Positions 1 through 9,871 of a DNA stretch of 21,095 nt are shown here, piece after piece (the first letter of the stretch is position 1; every line of letters begins with the position of its first letter). A model generated the notes under the pieces. The model saw nothing but the letters and a program-made list of their open reading frames with translations. It did no database searches and had not been told where the DNA came from. The DNA lies in NCBI GenBank assembly GCA_019058015.1, contig JAHLWH010000259.1:1-21095 (forward strand). The letters run 5' to 3'. The position numbers were made by a program, and so were the translations under genes. This DNA comes from Promethearchaeota archaeon (lineage in GTDB: Archaea; Asgardarchaeota; Lokiarchaeia; Sigyniarchaeales; SOKP01).

Positions 1-699
1 ACCATAACAGTCATCAATTAATTTTTTTGCTAAACCAACTGCTAAAGGAGCGCTATCAATTAATTCGTCTGTATATTGTTTAATTATTGAATCTAATTCT
101 TCTGGAGTTTTTGCTACTCGATTTACGACTCCTAAGAGATAAGCCTCATTTCCATCAAATTGTCTCCATGTAAGAACAATATCTTTGGTATTTGGGATAC
201 CTACCAGCCGTGTGAGACGAATAGTGCCCCCTACATCAGGATTCATTCCGATTTTAGTTTCTAACATACTAAATATTGCCGAATCCATGGCAAATCGAAA
301 ATCACATGCAAGAGCTAATTCAAAAGCCATTCCAAAACAATATCCATTAATTTTTGCAATTGTGGGCTTTTCCATCTTTTCAATTTTCGTAAATAGTGGT
401 TGAATCCAGGTATTTGCAAAATATCTGAAATTTGCAGGTATTCTTAAATTTGGAATAACTCCTTCTGGGTCTGTTTCTTGACCAGTTAAAAATTTCAAAT
501 CAATTCCAGCGCTAAAAATATCATCACCACCAGTAATAATGACAACTCTAGTTTTAGAACGTTCAATTTTATCGATTGCTTTTTGAAGTTCTACCATTAA
601 ATCAAAATTCATTGCATTTTTTTTCCCTAAACGGTTCATTTTAATTGTAGTTATTGTTCCATCTTCATTTTCCTCTATTAATATAATATTTTCACTCAC
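1..699 (-). CDS. Enoyl-CoA hydratase/isomerase (crotonase) family protein, 3'-truncated by the window edge; absent from the ORF track
   Basis: Manual translation from GTG at 699 gives MSENIILIEENEDGTITTIKMNRLGKKNAMNFDLM...IITGGDDIFSAGIDL...EKPTIAKINGYCFGMAFELALACDFRFA...MLETKIGMNPDVGGTIRLTRLVG, which are classic crotonase motifs. AGGTGA SD at 705-710 (minus). The frame is open to base 1. Confidence 0.93.
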   Translation of the reverse strand, partial: MSENIILIEENEDGTITTIKMNRLGKKNAMNFDLMVELQKAIDKIERSKTRVVIITGGDDIFSAGIDLKFLTGQETDPEGVIPNLRIPANFRYFANTWIQPLFTKIEKMEKPTIAKINGYCFGMAFELALACDFRFAMDSAIFSMLETKIGMNPDVGGTIRLTRLVGIPNTKDIVLTWRQFDGNEAYLLGVVNRVAKTPEELDSIIKQYTDELIDSAPLAVGLAKKLIDDCYG

Positions 700-704
700 T
701 TATT

Positions 705-710
705 TCACCT
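705..710 (-). promoter_or_regulatory. Shine-Dalgarno (AGGTGA) for the crotonase starting at 699
   Basis: tcacct on + strand, 5 nt upstream of the GTG start. Confidence 0.7.
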
Positions 711-805
711 TTAGATTTTAATTTATCATAACATTATTTCTAATAATCAACGATTTATTTTGAATGTTATAAATTATTTAATAAAAAAAAATTTAAAATA
801 ATATC

Positions 806-1624
806 ATGAAGTTTAGTATTGTTTCCGGATTAAATGAGTTAAATAGTTCTGAAAAACAAATTCTCGATAAATATTCCCAATTATGTGAATTTTTAAGTCC
901 TTTAAGTTTTAAAGGAATTGAATTAGCTATTTTAAAACCAGAAAATATACCTGTAAAAGAAATAAAGGGCATTTCAGACTCATATGGAATGGAGATTCCT
1001 GCTTTAGGTACGGGTTCTACTTTTTTAAGATTTAGATACTCATTTGGCGATTTGGACTCTAATATTAGAGAAAAGGCTATAGACCGAATTAAAAAATATA
1101 TTGAATTTTCTACGATTAGCAATTCTAAAGTGATAATTGGGTTAATTAGAGGGAGATTTACATATAAAAATAACCCTGAAACCGAAAAAAGAAATATAAT
1201 AGATTCACTCAAGAAGTGCTGTAGATTAGCTGAAGATAGTAATGTCGAATTGATTTTTGAGCCAATAAATCGTTTTGAAATTGATTCTTATAATACAATT
1301 AAGGATACATTGGAAATGATCGAAGAAATTGGTTCTGAGAACCTCAAACTTATGGTTGATTCGTTTCATACCCATTTAGAAGAAGATCCTATAACGATTT
1401 GGGATTATTTAGATTCTATTGCGAAGAAAGTTTCCCATCTTCATTTATCAGATGATACTCGCCGAGCTCCGGGCACAGGTCACTTCAATTTTAGGAGATT
1501 TCTAAATATTTTTGAAAAAAATAATTATAAAGGTTTTGCCTCAGTGGAAACAATAATGAAACCGTCATTTGAAGATGTTGCCAAACAAACTATAACTTAT
1601 ATGAAATCTATCAATATATTATAA
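806..1624 (+). CDS. Sugar phosphate isomerase/epimerase, xylose-isomerase-like TIM barrel (IolO / D-tagatose 3-epimerase-like)
   Basis: GIELAI, EPINRFE, DSFH, HLSDDTRRAPGTGH and SVE metal/catalytic motifs of the AP_endonuc_2 ketose epimerase family. Confidence 0.85.
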   Translation: MKFSIVSGLNELNSSEKQILDKYSQLCEFLSPLSFKGIELAILKPENIPVKEIKGISDSYGMEIPALGTGSTFLRFRYSFGDLDSNIREKAIDRIKKYIEFSTISNSKVIIGLIRGRFTYKNNPETEKRNIIDSLKKCCRLAEDSNVELIFEPINRFEIDSYNTIKDTLEMIEEIGSENLKLMVDSFHTHLEEDPITIWDYLDSIAKKVSHLHLSDDTRRAPGTGHFNFRRFLNIFEKNNYKGFASVETIMKPSFEDVAKQTITYMKSINIL

Positions 1625-1674
1625 ATATTAGATAATATTATCCTAATTTTATAAAAATCAATAGGTAATTTAAT

Positions 1675-2460
1675 ATGAGTAGTGAAAACAAACTTTTATA
1701 TGAAGTTAAGCAAAGTGTTGCGACAATCTCAATAAATCGACCAGAAAAGGCACATGCGTTTAATTTAGAACTTACGAAGGCGTTATATAATAAACTTGAA
1801 GAAGCAGATAAAGATGAATCAGTTAAATGTATATTAATAAAAAGTATAGGAAATGAAAAAATTTTCAGCGCCGGATATGATTTATCAATTATAGAAGATG
1901 AAAACAAAAAAGCAAAATTAATCGAATTTGGCAGAAAAGTGAATCAACAGATGCTTCTTATGAAAAAACCAATAGTTACTCAAGTTCATGGAACTGCAGT
2001 GGGGTTTGGATTTCTGTTAATTATGGGATCAGATTTAAGGATATTTGCAGATAAACCAATTGAGAAAATGTTTTTTAGGCTACCAGAAATTGCAATATCT
2101 GCCTATGCACAAACTGGAGCAACTCTCTTACCTCTATTGGCGTTCGGATTGAGTTATGCGAAAAACCTTCTTTTCACTTCAGACAGAATTGGATTAGAAG
2201 ACTTAAAAAATATCAATTTTCCAACTCGAATTTTCCCCCCAGATAAATTAGAACTTGAAACAAGAAAATTTCTGAAAATTCTAACCAAGCATTTAACAAC
2301 TTTTTTGTTCTTAATTAAATCATCAATTACATTAATGAATAAACAATTAATAGAAAAATGGTTTGATTTAGAAGATGCTTGCGGAAAAATTGCTTATGAG
2401 AAAAAGACACATGCCGAATTAGAAGCCTACATTAGAGATTTATATAAAAAATATCAATAG
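1675..2460 (+). CDS. Enoyl-CoA hydratase/isomerase family protein (divergent)
   Basis: INRPEKAHAF, FSAGYDL, KPIVTQVHGTAVGFG, SDLRI, FRLPE. Confidence 0.88.
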   Translation: MSSENKLLYEVKQSVATISINRPEKAHAFNLELTKALYNKLEEADKDESVKCILIKSIGNEKIFSAGYDLSIIEDENKKAKLIEFGRKVNQQMLLMKKPIVTQVHGTAVGFGFLLIMGSDLRIFADKPIEKMFFRLPEIAISAYAQTGATLLPLLAFGLSYAKNLLFTSDRIGLEDLKNINFPTRIFPPDKLELETRKFLKILTKHLTTFLFLIKSSITLMNKQLIEKWFDLEDACGKIAYEKKTHAELEAYIRDLYKKYQ

Positions 2461-2504
2461 TTTTAATTTTTTTTGATTTATTTTATTGGATTCAGTGATG
2501 GTTA

Positions 2505-3386
2505 TTGATGAATAAATTATTGAAAAAATCACGAGGGTTAAAATCAAGGTTAATAGATATTAATAAATTTAATCAGGGCATATTAAAAAGTAATATTGTT
2601 GAAAAGTTCTCAAAAATTATTCCAAAAATGATAGCAAGCGTTATAAAAGCAAAAAGGGATTATAAAAAAGAGATTAAAACGCCTATAGATGAGATAAAAC
2701 TTGCTTCTAAAGAATTCTGGCAAGAAATCATTGAGAAAGCGACTGCCTTAGGTGTAGGAATTATTGGATTTGCGTCAGTTGATGAAAATCTAATCTTTGA
2801 GAAAGACCAATCAACCGATATTAAATTTTTATATGAAAATGCAATTATTTTGGGAATGGAGATGAGATATGAATCCATAGAAAAAGCGCCAGAACCAGAA
2901 GCAGGTTTAGAAAGTTTAAGAATTTATGCAGAATTAGGTGTTGCAACAAATAAGTTGGCAGATTTTATCCGATCTAAAGATTATAAAGCTATAGCTTGCC
3001 ATCCATTAGGTGGACCTATCCTTTATCCCGCAATGGCAGTTAAAGCAAATCTAGGAGTAATGGGTAGACAGGGTCTTTTAATCACTAAAAAATATGGACC
3101 AAGACAAAGATTATCAATGATTGCTATAAATGCTTCACCACTTCCAGAAAATTTACTTGAAGATTTTAAAATATCTGAATTTTGTGAAAAATGTGGGAAG
3201 TGTATTGAATTATGTCCAGTCAATGCAATTTTTGATAAACCGTTAATTAAAGAAAATGGAATTTTAACCCGCATTGATGGTAGCAAATGCTTTGAGTATT
3301 TTTATGAATATACTGGATGCTCGCTTTGTATTAAAGTGTGTCCTTTTCATAAGATTGGATATGATAAAGTAATAAGTAAACTATAA
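2505..3386 (+). CDS. Reductive dehalogenase / QueG-superfamily cobalamin- and 2x[4Fe-4S]-binding protein (likely ATG start at 2508)
   Basis: ALGVGIIGFA, AIILGMEM, AVKANLGVMGRQGLLITKKYGPRQRL; CEKCGKCIELCP (CX2CX2CX3CP) and C-X9-CSLCIKVCP. Confidence 0.8.
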   Translation: MMNKLLKKSRGLKSRLIDINKFNQGILKSNIVEKFSKIIPKMIASVIKAKRDYKKEIKTPIDEIKLASKEFWQEIIEKATALGVGIIGFASVDENLIFEKDQSTDIKFLYENAIILGMEMRYESIEKAPEPEAGLESLRIYAELGVATNKLADFIRSKDYKAIACHPLGGPILYPAMAVKANLGVMGRQGLLITKKYGPRQRLSMIAINASPLPENLLEDFKISEFCEKCGKCIELCPVNAIFDKPLIKENGILTRIDGSKCFEYFYEYTGCSLCIKVCPFHKIGYDKVISKL

Positions 3387-3461
3387 TTATTTTGAGTTTT
3401 TCCTTCCTATTAAATAATTAATAATAAAAATAAAATAATTTAGAATTATTTTTGAATTATT

Positions 3462-4475
3462 GTGGCGAAAGTAATCTATATTTCAGAAAAGAGCATTGGG
3501 GAAGCATGGCTTTCCGCTTTAACCGAAGTTTTATGTGAGGGAGATGATATCAAGACTGAATATGATAAGCCAGACACACCACCTTCTAAAGATGCAACAG
3601 TATTAATTGAAGTAAAAAAACCCATGAGTAAGCCAATAAAAAGAAAAGATAAAATAATAAAAATCAAGTCAAAATTTGGAAATTCTTACGAAGTATATGG
3701 CGTTATGGCTGATACTTTTCTCATAGGGTCCGTACAAAGTGGATATATTGAAGAAATAATGGAAGGCGTTCATGATCATTACTTATGGGATTCATCTAAA
3801 AGTTTTCCATATTCATATCATGACCGAATTTATAATTATGCTGCGTTTTCTTTAGAAGATTCTGAAAAGAAGGATTATATCGTTAATTTAATTGATAAAA
3901 ATAAGGTAAAAACTCATGAAAAACTAAAATTTGCTAAAAAAGTAATCACATCTGGAGAAAACGAAATCTGGAAGTTGCCAAATGGGCTTGAATTAGATCT
4001 TGGTAAAGAGATAAGCGAACAGATGGGAATAAATAACATTATTCTAAGTGTTTTGGATTTACCAAGGATTAATCAGATAGATTATATAATAAATAAATTA
4101 AAAGATAAACCATATACCCGGAGAGCGCAAGCAACAACCTGGAGACCCTATATTGATCCTTATTCCGAAGATCCGCCCTGTCTACAGAGATTATTTTTCC
4201 GTATAAAGAACGATGAACTCATATTGCAGACATGTTGGAGAAGTCGGGATTTATTTAGAGCATGGGAAGCAAACGTAAATGGGATGGTTAGAATTCAAAA
4301 ATATATTGCTGATGAATTAAATGTTGGAATGGGACATTATTTAGATTTTAGTAATTCATTGCATATATACGGAGATACAGTAAAAGACCTGATAGATATG
4401 TTTAAAATAATGGAAAATCGTAATGAATTACAGCTAAAAATTATCAAAAAGCTTAAAGAATTTAATATTTTGTAG
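3462..4475 (+). CDS. thyA: Archaeal-type thymidylate synthase with internal insertion
   Basis: YSYHDRIYNY, NQIDYII-KL, TRRAQATTW, catalytic DPPCLQ, WRSRD, AWEANV, SLHIY. Confidence 0.82.
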   Translation: MAKVIYISEKSIGEAWLSALTEVLCEGDDIKTEYDKPDTPPSKDATVLIEVKKPMSKPIKRKDKIIKIKSKFGNSYEVYGVMADTFLIGSVQSGYIEEIMEGVHDHYLWDSSKSFPYSYHDRIYNYAAFSLEDSEKKDYIVNLIDKNKVKTHEKLKFAKKVITSGENEIWKLPNGLELDLGKEISEQMGINNIILSVLDLPRINQIDYIINKLKDKPYTRRAQATTWRPYIDPYSEDPPCLQRLFFRIKNDELILQTCWRSRDLFRAWEANVNGMVRIQKYIADELNVGMGHYLDFSNSLHIYGDTVKDLIDMFKIMENRNELQLKIIKKLKEFNIL

Positions 4476-4504
4476 CAAGACATAAAGGTTTTTTTCCTAA
4501 GATT

Positions 4505-6121
4505 CTAATTATTCTTAAAGACTGTTTTTCCTCTTATAATGGTTTCAGCTACTTGAATTTCTTTTATTTGGTCTTTCGAAATTCCAAGAGGATTTTTGTC
4601 TAGAATCACAAAATCAGCTAATTTTCCCGGTTCGAGACTCCCTTTTATATTTTCCTCAAAAGCCGCGTATGCACCATTAATTGTATAGGCTTTAAGTGCT
4701 TCTTCCATAGATAAACATTCTTCAGGGATAAAACCATTTCGATTTACTAACGCATGAAGTCCCAAAATAACGTCTGGATCTTCAACAGGACAATCTGAAC
4801 CAGCAGCAAAAATAACACCAGCATCAACTACAGATTTCAATGGATAAGTATATTTACAACGTTCTTTACCTAATCTTTTTTCCAACCAAGTATATTCAGA
4901 ATTTATAAAAGGGGGCTGAGAAGAACAGATTAATCCTAATTCTTTCATATCTTTTATAACATCAGAAGTTAGCATAGAAGCGTGTTCAATTCTGTGTCGA
5001 TGATCTTTCCGAGGAAATTCTTTTAAAAGTCTTTTATATAAATCCACAACAATTTTATTTCCCTTATCACCAATTACATGTATTGCAATTTGGAAACCGA
5101 GATTATGGGCAATCTTCATTCGATTATAAAGTTCCTCTTTGTCAATAACTAAAAACCCAATTTTCTCAGGTTGATCTGAAAATGGTTTGAACATACAAGC
5201 AGTAGCAGCACCAAAAGTACCATCTGCAAATAGCTTAACGCAATTTACTTTAAATTTTCCATCTTCCTTTCCTTCATCTAGTGGTGGTTTCTTAATTCTT
5301 TTTATTTTTTTAGGGTAAATGGTGGAGACCATAAGGTACCAGTTTTGTAAAACTTTGTCAATAATAGTTTTTAGAATCGGAATTTCCATACCCCCTAATG
5401 TACCGAATTCATCACCTTTATCTAAATGAACAATTCCATGAACACTTGTTATGCCTTTACTTGCCAATAGTTCAAATGTTTTTTGAGCGATTTTCATAAA
5501 ATCCTGAGGACTTGGAAATGATATATGAGATATCAATAAAGACAATGCGGTTTCTGAAATTACTCCAGTAAGTTCTCCCTTATTATTCTTACGGATTTCA
5601 CCTCCTTCCGGAGGGATTGTATTAACATCAATATTTGCTAGTTCTAACGCTTTACTGTTAGCAATTCCAATATGACCATCATATCTAAATATGAAAACTG
5701 GGTTTTGGGAACAAGCTTGATCTAAATCCCATCGGTTTGGCAAAACAGGAATGTCAAAATTTTCTTCCTTTAAACTCATCCCGAGTATCCATTCACCCTG
5801 CTTCTTATTTATTGCCGTTTCTTTTAATAAAATCTGAAGTTCATTTAAGCTCTTTATTTTTGAAAGATCAAGATTAAGTGAAAAAAAAAGAAATCCAATC
5901 GGATGAATATGTGAATCAATAAAACCAGGGAGCAATGTTTTTCCATTTAAGTCAATTAATTTATAATTTTCACCCATATTTTTCTTAACTTCTTCAAGAT
6001 CTCCAATTGCGGTGATTTTCTCGTCTTTGATTCCAATCGCTTTTACAACTGGTTGGAGGCCATTCATAGTGAAAATATTACCTCCAAAAAAGATCTTTTT
6101 ATTCAAATTTTCATTTGTCAT
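4505..6121 (-). CDS. Amidohydrolase 3 / YtcJ-like metal-dependent hydrolase
   Basis: DLNGKTLLPGFIDSHIH, KLFADG, HVIGD, RIEHAS, GSDCP, GSLEPGKLADFVIL. Confidence 0.92.
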   Translation of the reverse strand: MTNENLNKKIFFGGNIFTMNGLQPVVKAIGIKDEKITAIGDLEEVKKNMGENYKLIDLNGKTLLPGFIDSHIHPIGFLFFSLNLDLSKIKSLNELQILLKETAINKKQGEWILGMSLKEENFDIPVLPNRWDLDQACSQNPVFIFRYDGHIGIANSKALELANIDVNTIPPEGGEIRKNNKGELTGVISETALSLLISHISFPSPQDFMKIAQKTFELLASKGITSVHGIVHLDKGDEFGTLGGMEIPILKTIIDKVLQNWYLMVSTIYPKKIKRIKKPPLDEGKEDGKFKVNCVKLFADGTFGAATACMFKPFSDQPEKIGFLVIDKEELYNRMKIAHNLGFQIAIHVIGDKGNKIVVDLYKRLLKEFPRKDHRHRIEHASMLTSDVIKDMKELGLICSSQPPFINSEYTWLEKRLGKERCKYTYPLKSVVDAGVIFAAGSDCPVEDPDVILGLHALVNRNGFIPEECLSMEEALKAYTINGAYAAFEENIKGSLEPGKLADFVILDKNPLGISKDQIKEIQVAETIIRGKTVFKNN

Positions 6122-6185
6122 AACAAATTTGATTCTTTTTTCTCTTTAAAAATGAATTAACATCGGAAGTTTAAAAAATTACATT

Positions 6186-6941
6186 TTAAAAAATCTTATT
6201 AAATATCTTCTTAGTATTCTCCAAAATCTGATCTTCTAGATCATTTTTTGGTATATTTTTAATTTCTGACAATTTTTTTAATACGTAAGGAATCATTGAG
6301 GGAGTTCCAGTTTGATTATGATATCTGACAGGTCCATCACTTTCCAATAAAAGATTAGTAGGGGCACATAATTCTACAGTTTTTTTTACAGGAGGTGAAT
6401 ATTCGATCGCTGGAGTTATTGAAAAGAAATAACCTCTATCTAGACCAATTTTAACCAAATCTTGAGGACCAGAATACCAATGAATGTTAATATTAGGTAG
6501 ATTATAAGTGGGTAATATTTCGAATACTTCCTTTTCTGCTCCTTTCACATGCAAGTTCACTGGTAAATTAAACTTTTGAGCTAGTCCCAGCATAGTTTTA
6601 AATATTTTTTCCTGCAGAGGCCATAATGTATTATCTTTAACAAAATAGTGATCTATTCCAATTTCTCCGATTGCACATAATTTATCGCTCTGGATGGTGA
6701 TAAAGTCTATAATCTCATCCAATTCTTTATGAATATTTTTATTTTCTTGAACTTCTTGCGGATGAATTCCAAGAGCCGGGTAAACAGCCTTAAATCTCTC
6801 ACTAAGATCCATAATCCTTTTTTGACTTACAGCGCTCATAGCGACGGCAATTATTTTCTCAACTCCGATCTGTTGGGCTTCTGAGATAATTTCTTCTGGA
6901 ACTAAGTATAAGTTTAAATGACAATGGACATCAATTAACAT
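6186..6941 (-). CDS. tatD: TatD family metallo-nuclease/hydrolase
   Basis: DVHCHL, GIHP, GEIGID, LHVKGA, HWYSG, LESDGP. The start overlaps the upstream stop (TAATG at 6939-6943), suggesting translational coupling. Confidence 0.9.
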   Translation of the reverse strand: MLIDVHCHLNLYLVPEEIISEAQQIGVEKIIAVAMSAVSQKRIMDLSERFKAVYPALGIHPQEVQENKNIHKELDEIIDFITIQSDKLCAIGEIGIDHYFVKDNTLWPLQEKIFKTMLGLAQKFNLPVNLHVKGAEKEVFEILPTYNLPNINIHWYSGPQDLVKIGLDRGYFFSITPAIEYSPPVKKTVELCAPTNLLLESDGPVRYHNQTGTPSMIPYVLKKLSEIKNIPKNDLEDQILENTKKIFNKIF

Positions 6942-8110
6942 TAGTAATCTCTATACCTCCTTACTGCGTCAAACATTGCCGCAATATTTTCTGGAGGGAC
7001 TTCTGCAGTAATATTATGAATATTTGTGGCTACATAGCCCCCACCGGGTTTAAAACATTCTATATTATATTTTACTTCTTCAGTTATTTCTTTTGGTGTT
7101 CCAAACGGAAGAGTTTTTTGAGTATTACAAAGACCGCCCCAAAAAGTAATAATATCTCCGAATCTCTTTTTCAGACTACAAGGTTCCATATCATAGGCTG
7201 AGATTTGAACGGGGTTATAGATATCATAACCTATATCTGCAAAATGGGGCAAAAATAAGGAAGTTGATCCGCAACAATGATAATTAATCTTCACATCAGC
7301 GAGTTCATGAATCTTCTCGGATAACCTTTTTTCTATTGGTTTGATAATAGTTTCATATATTTTTATATTCATTATTGGTCCTGCTTGTTCTCCTAAGTCA
7401 CCATTTATACACACGACATCCAAATATTCTCCGACTTCATTTAAATATGTTATATTATAATCAATCCAATATTTTAACAAACCCTCCATCGCAGCAATTA
7501 TTAATTCTGGCTTTGTTAGTAAATATCTTAATGCTTTTATAAAACCAAACAAAAATGTAGTATATTCATAAATACATCCAGTAACAGGAGTTACTAAAGC
7601 AAAGTTAGTTTCTTCATAAAATTTTTTAGCGTATTCCTTCAATCCCTTAAAAGGTGTTTTATCTTTACCATCAGGCCATTCGTAATTTTCTATCTCATGC
7701 ACTGTTTTAAAATCTTCAAAAGGATGAATCACCGGATCATAATATAAAATATTTTCAATATCTTTATCTGCATCATTCCCCCAAAAAACTCCGAATTGAT
7801 CGTATATCCCAACATATTTTCCTTCTTGCTGGGGTTCAAAGCCAACATCCAGTAAACTTCCTAAAGGGCGAATATAACGAGTATCAACCTCAAATCGTTC
7901 TAATAATTCCTCACATGGATATGCAATTTGTTGTATAAAATCAGAATATTGAATATTTTTGTCTTCAATTTCAAGGAAATCGATCAATCTTTTATAGGCT
8001 TTAATGTGGATACTAGATTGATTTCCACCTAAATCTATTGGAATTTTATCGGGTTCCCTATGATCGAGTGTCGTATTTAATCTTTCCCTAGAATTCATAT
8101 GATTATTCAT
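6941..8110 (-). CDS. Uroporphyrinogen decarboxylase-like (URO-D / MtaA-CmuA superfamily) protein; likely start at 8098
   Basis: MNSRER...HREPDKIPIDLGG, DQFGVFW, GDLGEQAGP, YHCCGS, NPVQISAYDM, TFWGG, TLPFGT, PGGGYV..HNI..EVPPENI. Confidence 0.88.
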   Translation of the reverse strand: MNNHMNSRERLNTTLDHREPDKIPIDLGGNQSSIHIKAYKRLIDFLEIEDKNIQYSDFIQQIAYPCEELLERFEVDTRYIRPLGSLLDVGFEPQQEGKYVGIYDQFGVFWGNDADKDIENILYYDPVIHPFEDFKTVHEIENYEWPDGKDKTPFKGLKEYAKKFYEETNFALVTPVTGCIYEYTTFLFGFIKALRYLLTKPELIIAAMEGLLKYWIDYNITYLNEVGEYLDVVCINGDLGEQAGPIMNIKIYETIIKPIEKRLSEKIHELADVKINYHCCGSTSLFLPHFADIGYDIYNPVQISAYDMEPCSLKKRFGDIITFWGGLCNTQKTLPFGTPKEITEEVKYNIECFKPGGGYVATNIHNITAEVPPENIAAMFDAVRRYRDY

Positions 8111-8256
8111 TATACTATTGTTTCTTATTAATTTAATTAGTTCGCAAAAATTTAAAATCTATTTTGAAAAAATATAGAATTGCTAAGATCTTCAATGTGA
8201 TTTCAAATTAATATAAAAAAAATATAGTTTTATTAACATTGTCCAACGAAAATTAA

Positions 8257-9828
8257 GTGATAAAAATGGAAGGAAAATATATTTTAACTTATGATTTGGG
8301 AACGGCTAGTCTTAAAACTGCACTTTTTGACCTAAATTTAAATATGGTTTATCAAACAATTGAGAAATATCCGATGTATTATCCGAAACCAGGATGGGCA
8401 GAGCAAGAAGCAGAAGATTGGTGGAAATCTGTTATAAAAACAACTCAAACTATTATTCAAGGAAATAATATAGATCCAAGTGAAGTGGCTGCGTTAAGCT
8501 TCGATTGTCAAGGGAATTGTACAGTTCCTATAGATCGAGAGGGTATTCCTTTAATGCGAGCGATTAATTGGCTCGATACTCGTGCGTCTATAATAACACA
8601 TAAATTTACGAAAGGAATAATAAAAATATCCGGCTATGGTTTAAAAACACTTCTTATGTTTCTTAAAATTACGGGGGGTGCTCCAGGAATTAACGGGAAG
8701 GATCCAATTTCGCATATTCTATGGATTAAGGAAAAAGAACCAGAGATTTATAAGAAAACTTATAAATTTCTAAGTTGTAAAGATTATGTTATTTATAAAT
8801 GCACTGATAGAGCCATAATTTCCAGAGATTTAGCTAATACAGCCTGGTTAATGGATACTAATCCTGATAAATTTAATTGGTCAGAAAAAATATTGAACAA
8901 ATATGAAATAGATAAGGAAAAACTACCTGAGATAAAAAAATCAACAGAATTAGCGGGAAAATTAACTAAAAATGCTGCTGAAAAGCTTGGTCTGAAGCCA
9001 AAAATTCCCGTCATTGTAGGATCATTTGATGGAACTGCTGCGGCAATAGGTTCAGGAGCGATATTAAATAATCAAATCCATATATGTCTGGGTACAGCTG
9101 ATTGGATCGCTACTCACATTTCTGAAAGAAAAAAAGATCTTATGCATTACACCGGATCAATTTGTTCTGCAAAAGATAATTACTTATGTTTATCGAAACA
9201 AGAAACTGGTGGGACATGTTTAGACTGGATTAAAAATCAAATGTTTAAAGAAGAAGTAGATAAATTTAAAGAAAATCCTAAAGAGCTTTATAAATATCTG
9301 GATTCGATTGTAGAAAAAATTGAGCCTGGATCGAAAAACCTTCTTTTTACACCCTGGATGTATGGAGAAAGAAGTCCAATAAATGATCCAAACCTTAGAG
9401 GAGGGTTCTATAATCTCAGTCTTGAGCATGAGAGAGCAGATTTACTTAGAGCTCTATATGAAGGAATTGCGTTTAACATTAAATGGGGTTTAAAATTCGT
9501 AGAAAAATTAGTAGGAACTACTGAAAGTATTAATTTCATTGGGGGCGGTGCTAAGTCAGATATTTGGTGCCAGATATTAGCTGATGTATTAGAAAGAAAT
9601 ATCAATCAAATGGATGAGCCTGATTTTGGAAGCGTAAGAGGAGCTGCAATAATTGCGCTGGTAGGTTTAGGCATTTTCAAAGATTTTGCAGAAACAATTA
9701 AATTAATTAAAATTAAAAATATATTCACACCTAATCCTAACAATAAAAAGATTTACGTTAAGCTTTTTAGTGAATACATTAAAATCTATAAGAGAAATAA
9801 AAAAATGTTTAAAAATTTAAATACATAA
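8257..9828 (+). CDS. FGGY-family carbohydrate kinase (xylulokinase-like); likely ATG start at 8266
   Basis: YDLGTASLKT, PGWAEQ, WLDTRA, GSFDGTAAAIGSG, LGTADW, PWMYGERSP, EGIAF, GGGAKSDIWCQILADV. Confidence 0.92.
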   Translation: MIKMEGKYILTYDLGTASLKTALFDLNLNMVYQTIEKYPMYYPKPGWAEQEAEDWWKSVIKTTQTIIQGNNIDPSEVAALSFDCQGNCTVPIDREGIPLMRAINWLDTRASIITHKFTKGIIKISGYGLKTLLMFLKITGGAPGINGKDPISHILWIKEKEPEIYKKTYKFLSCKDYVIYKCTDRAIISRDLANTAWLMDTNPDKFNWSEKILNKYEIDKEKLPEIKKSTELAGKLTKNAAEKLGLKPKIPVIVGSFDGTAAAIGSGAILNNQIHICLGTADWIATHISERKKDLMHYTGSICSAKDNYLCLSKQETGGTCLDWIKNQMFKEEVDKFKENPKELYKYLDSIVEKIEPGSKNLLFTPWMYGERSPINDPNLRGGFYNLSLEHERADLLRALYEGIAFNIKWGLKFVEKLVGTTESINFIGGGAKSDIWCQILADVLERNINQMDEPDFGSVRGAAIIALVGLGIFKDFAETIKLIKIKNIFTPNPNNKKIYVKLFSEYIKIYKRNKKMFKNLNT

Positions 9829-9871
9829 TATATTCAAAATTAAATTCATTAGAGAAGATATTGATGATAAA

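Noticed and set aside
3840-4067. Intein in thyA
   Set aside because: No C-terminal His-Asn followed by Cys/Ser/Thr, no recognisable splicing blocks, and it is short even for a mini-intein.
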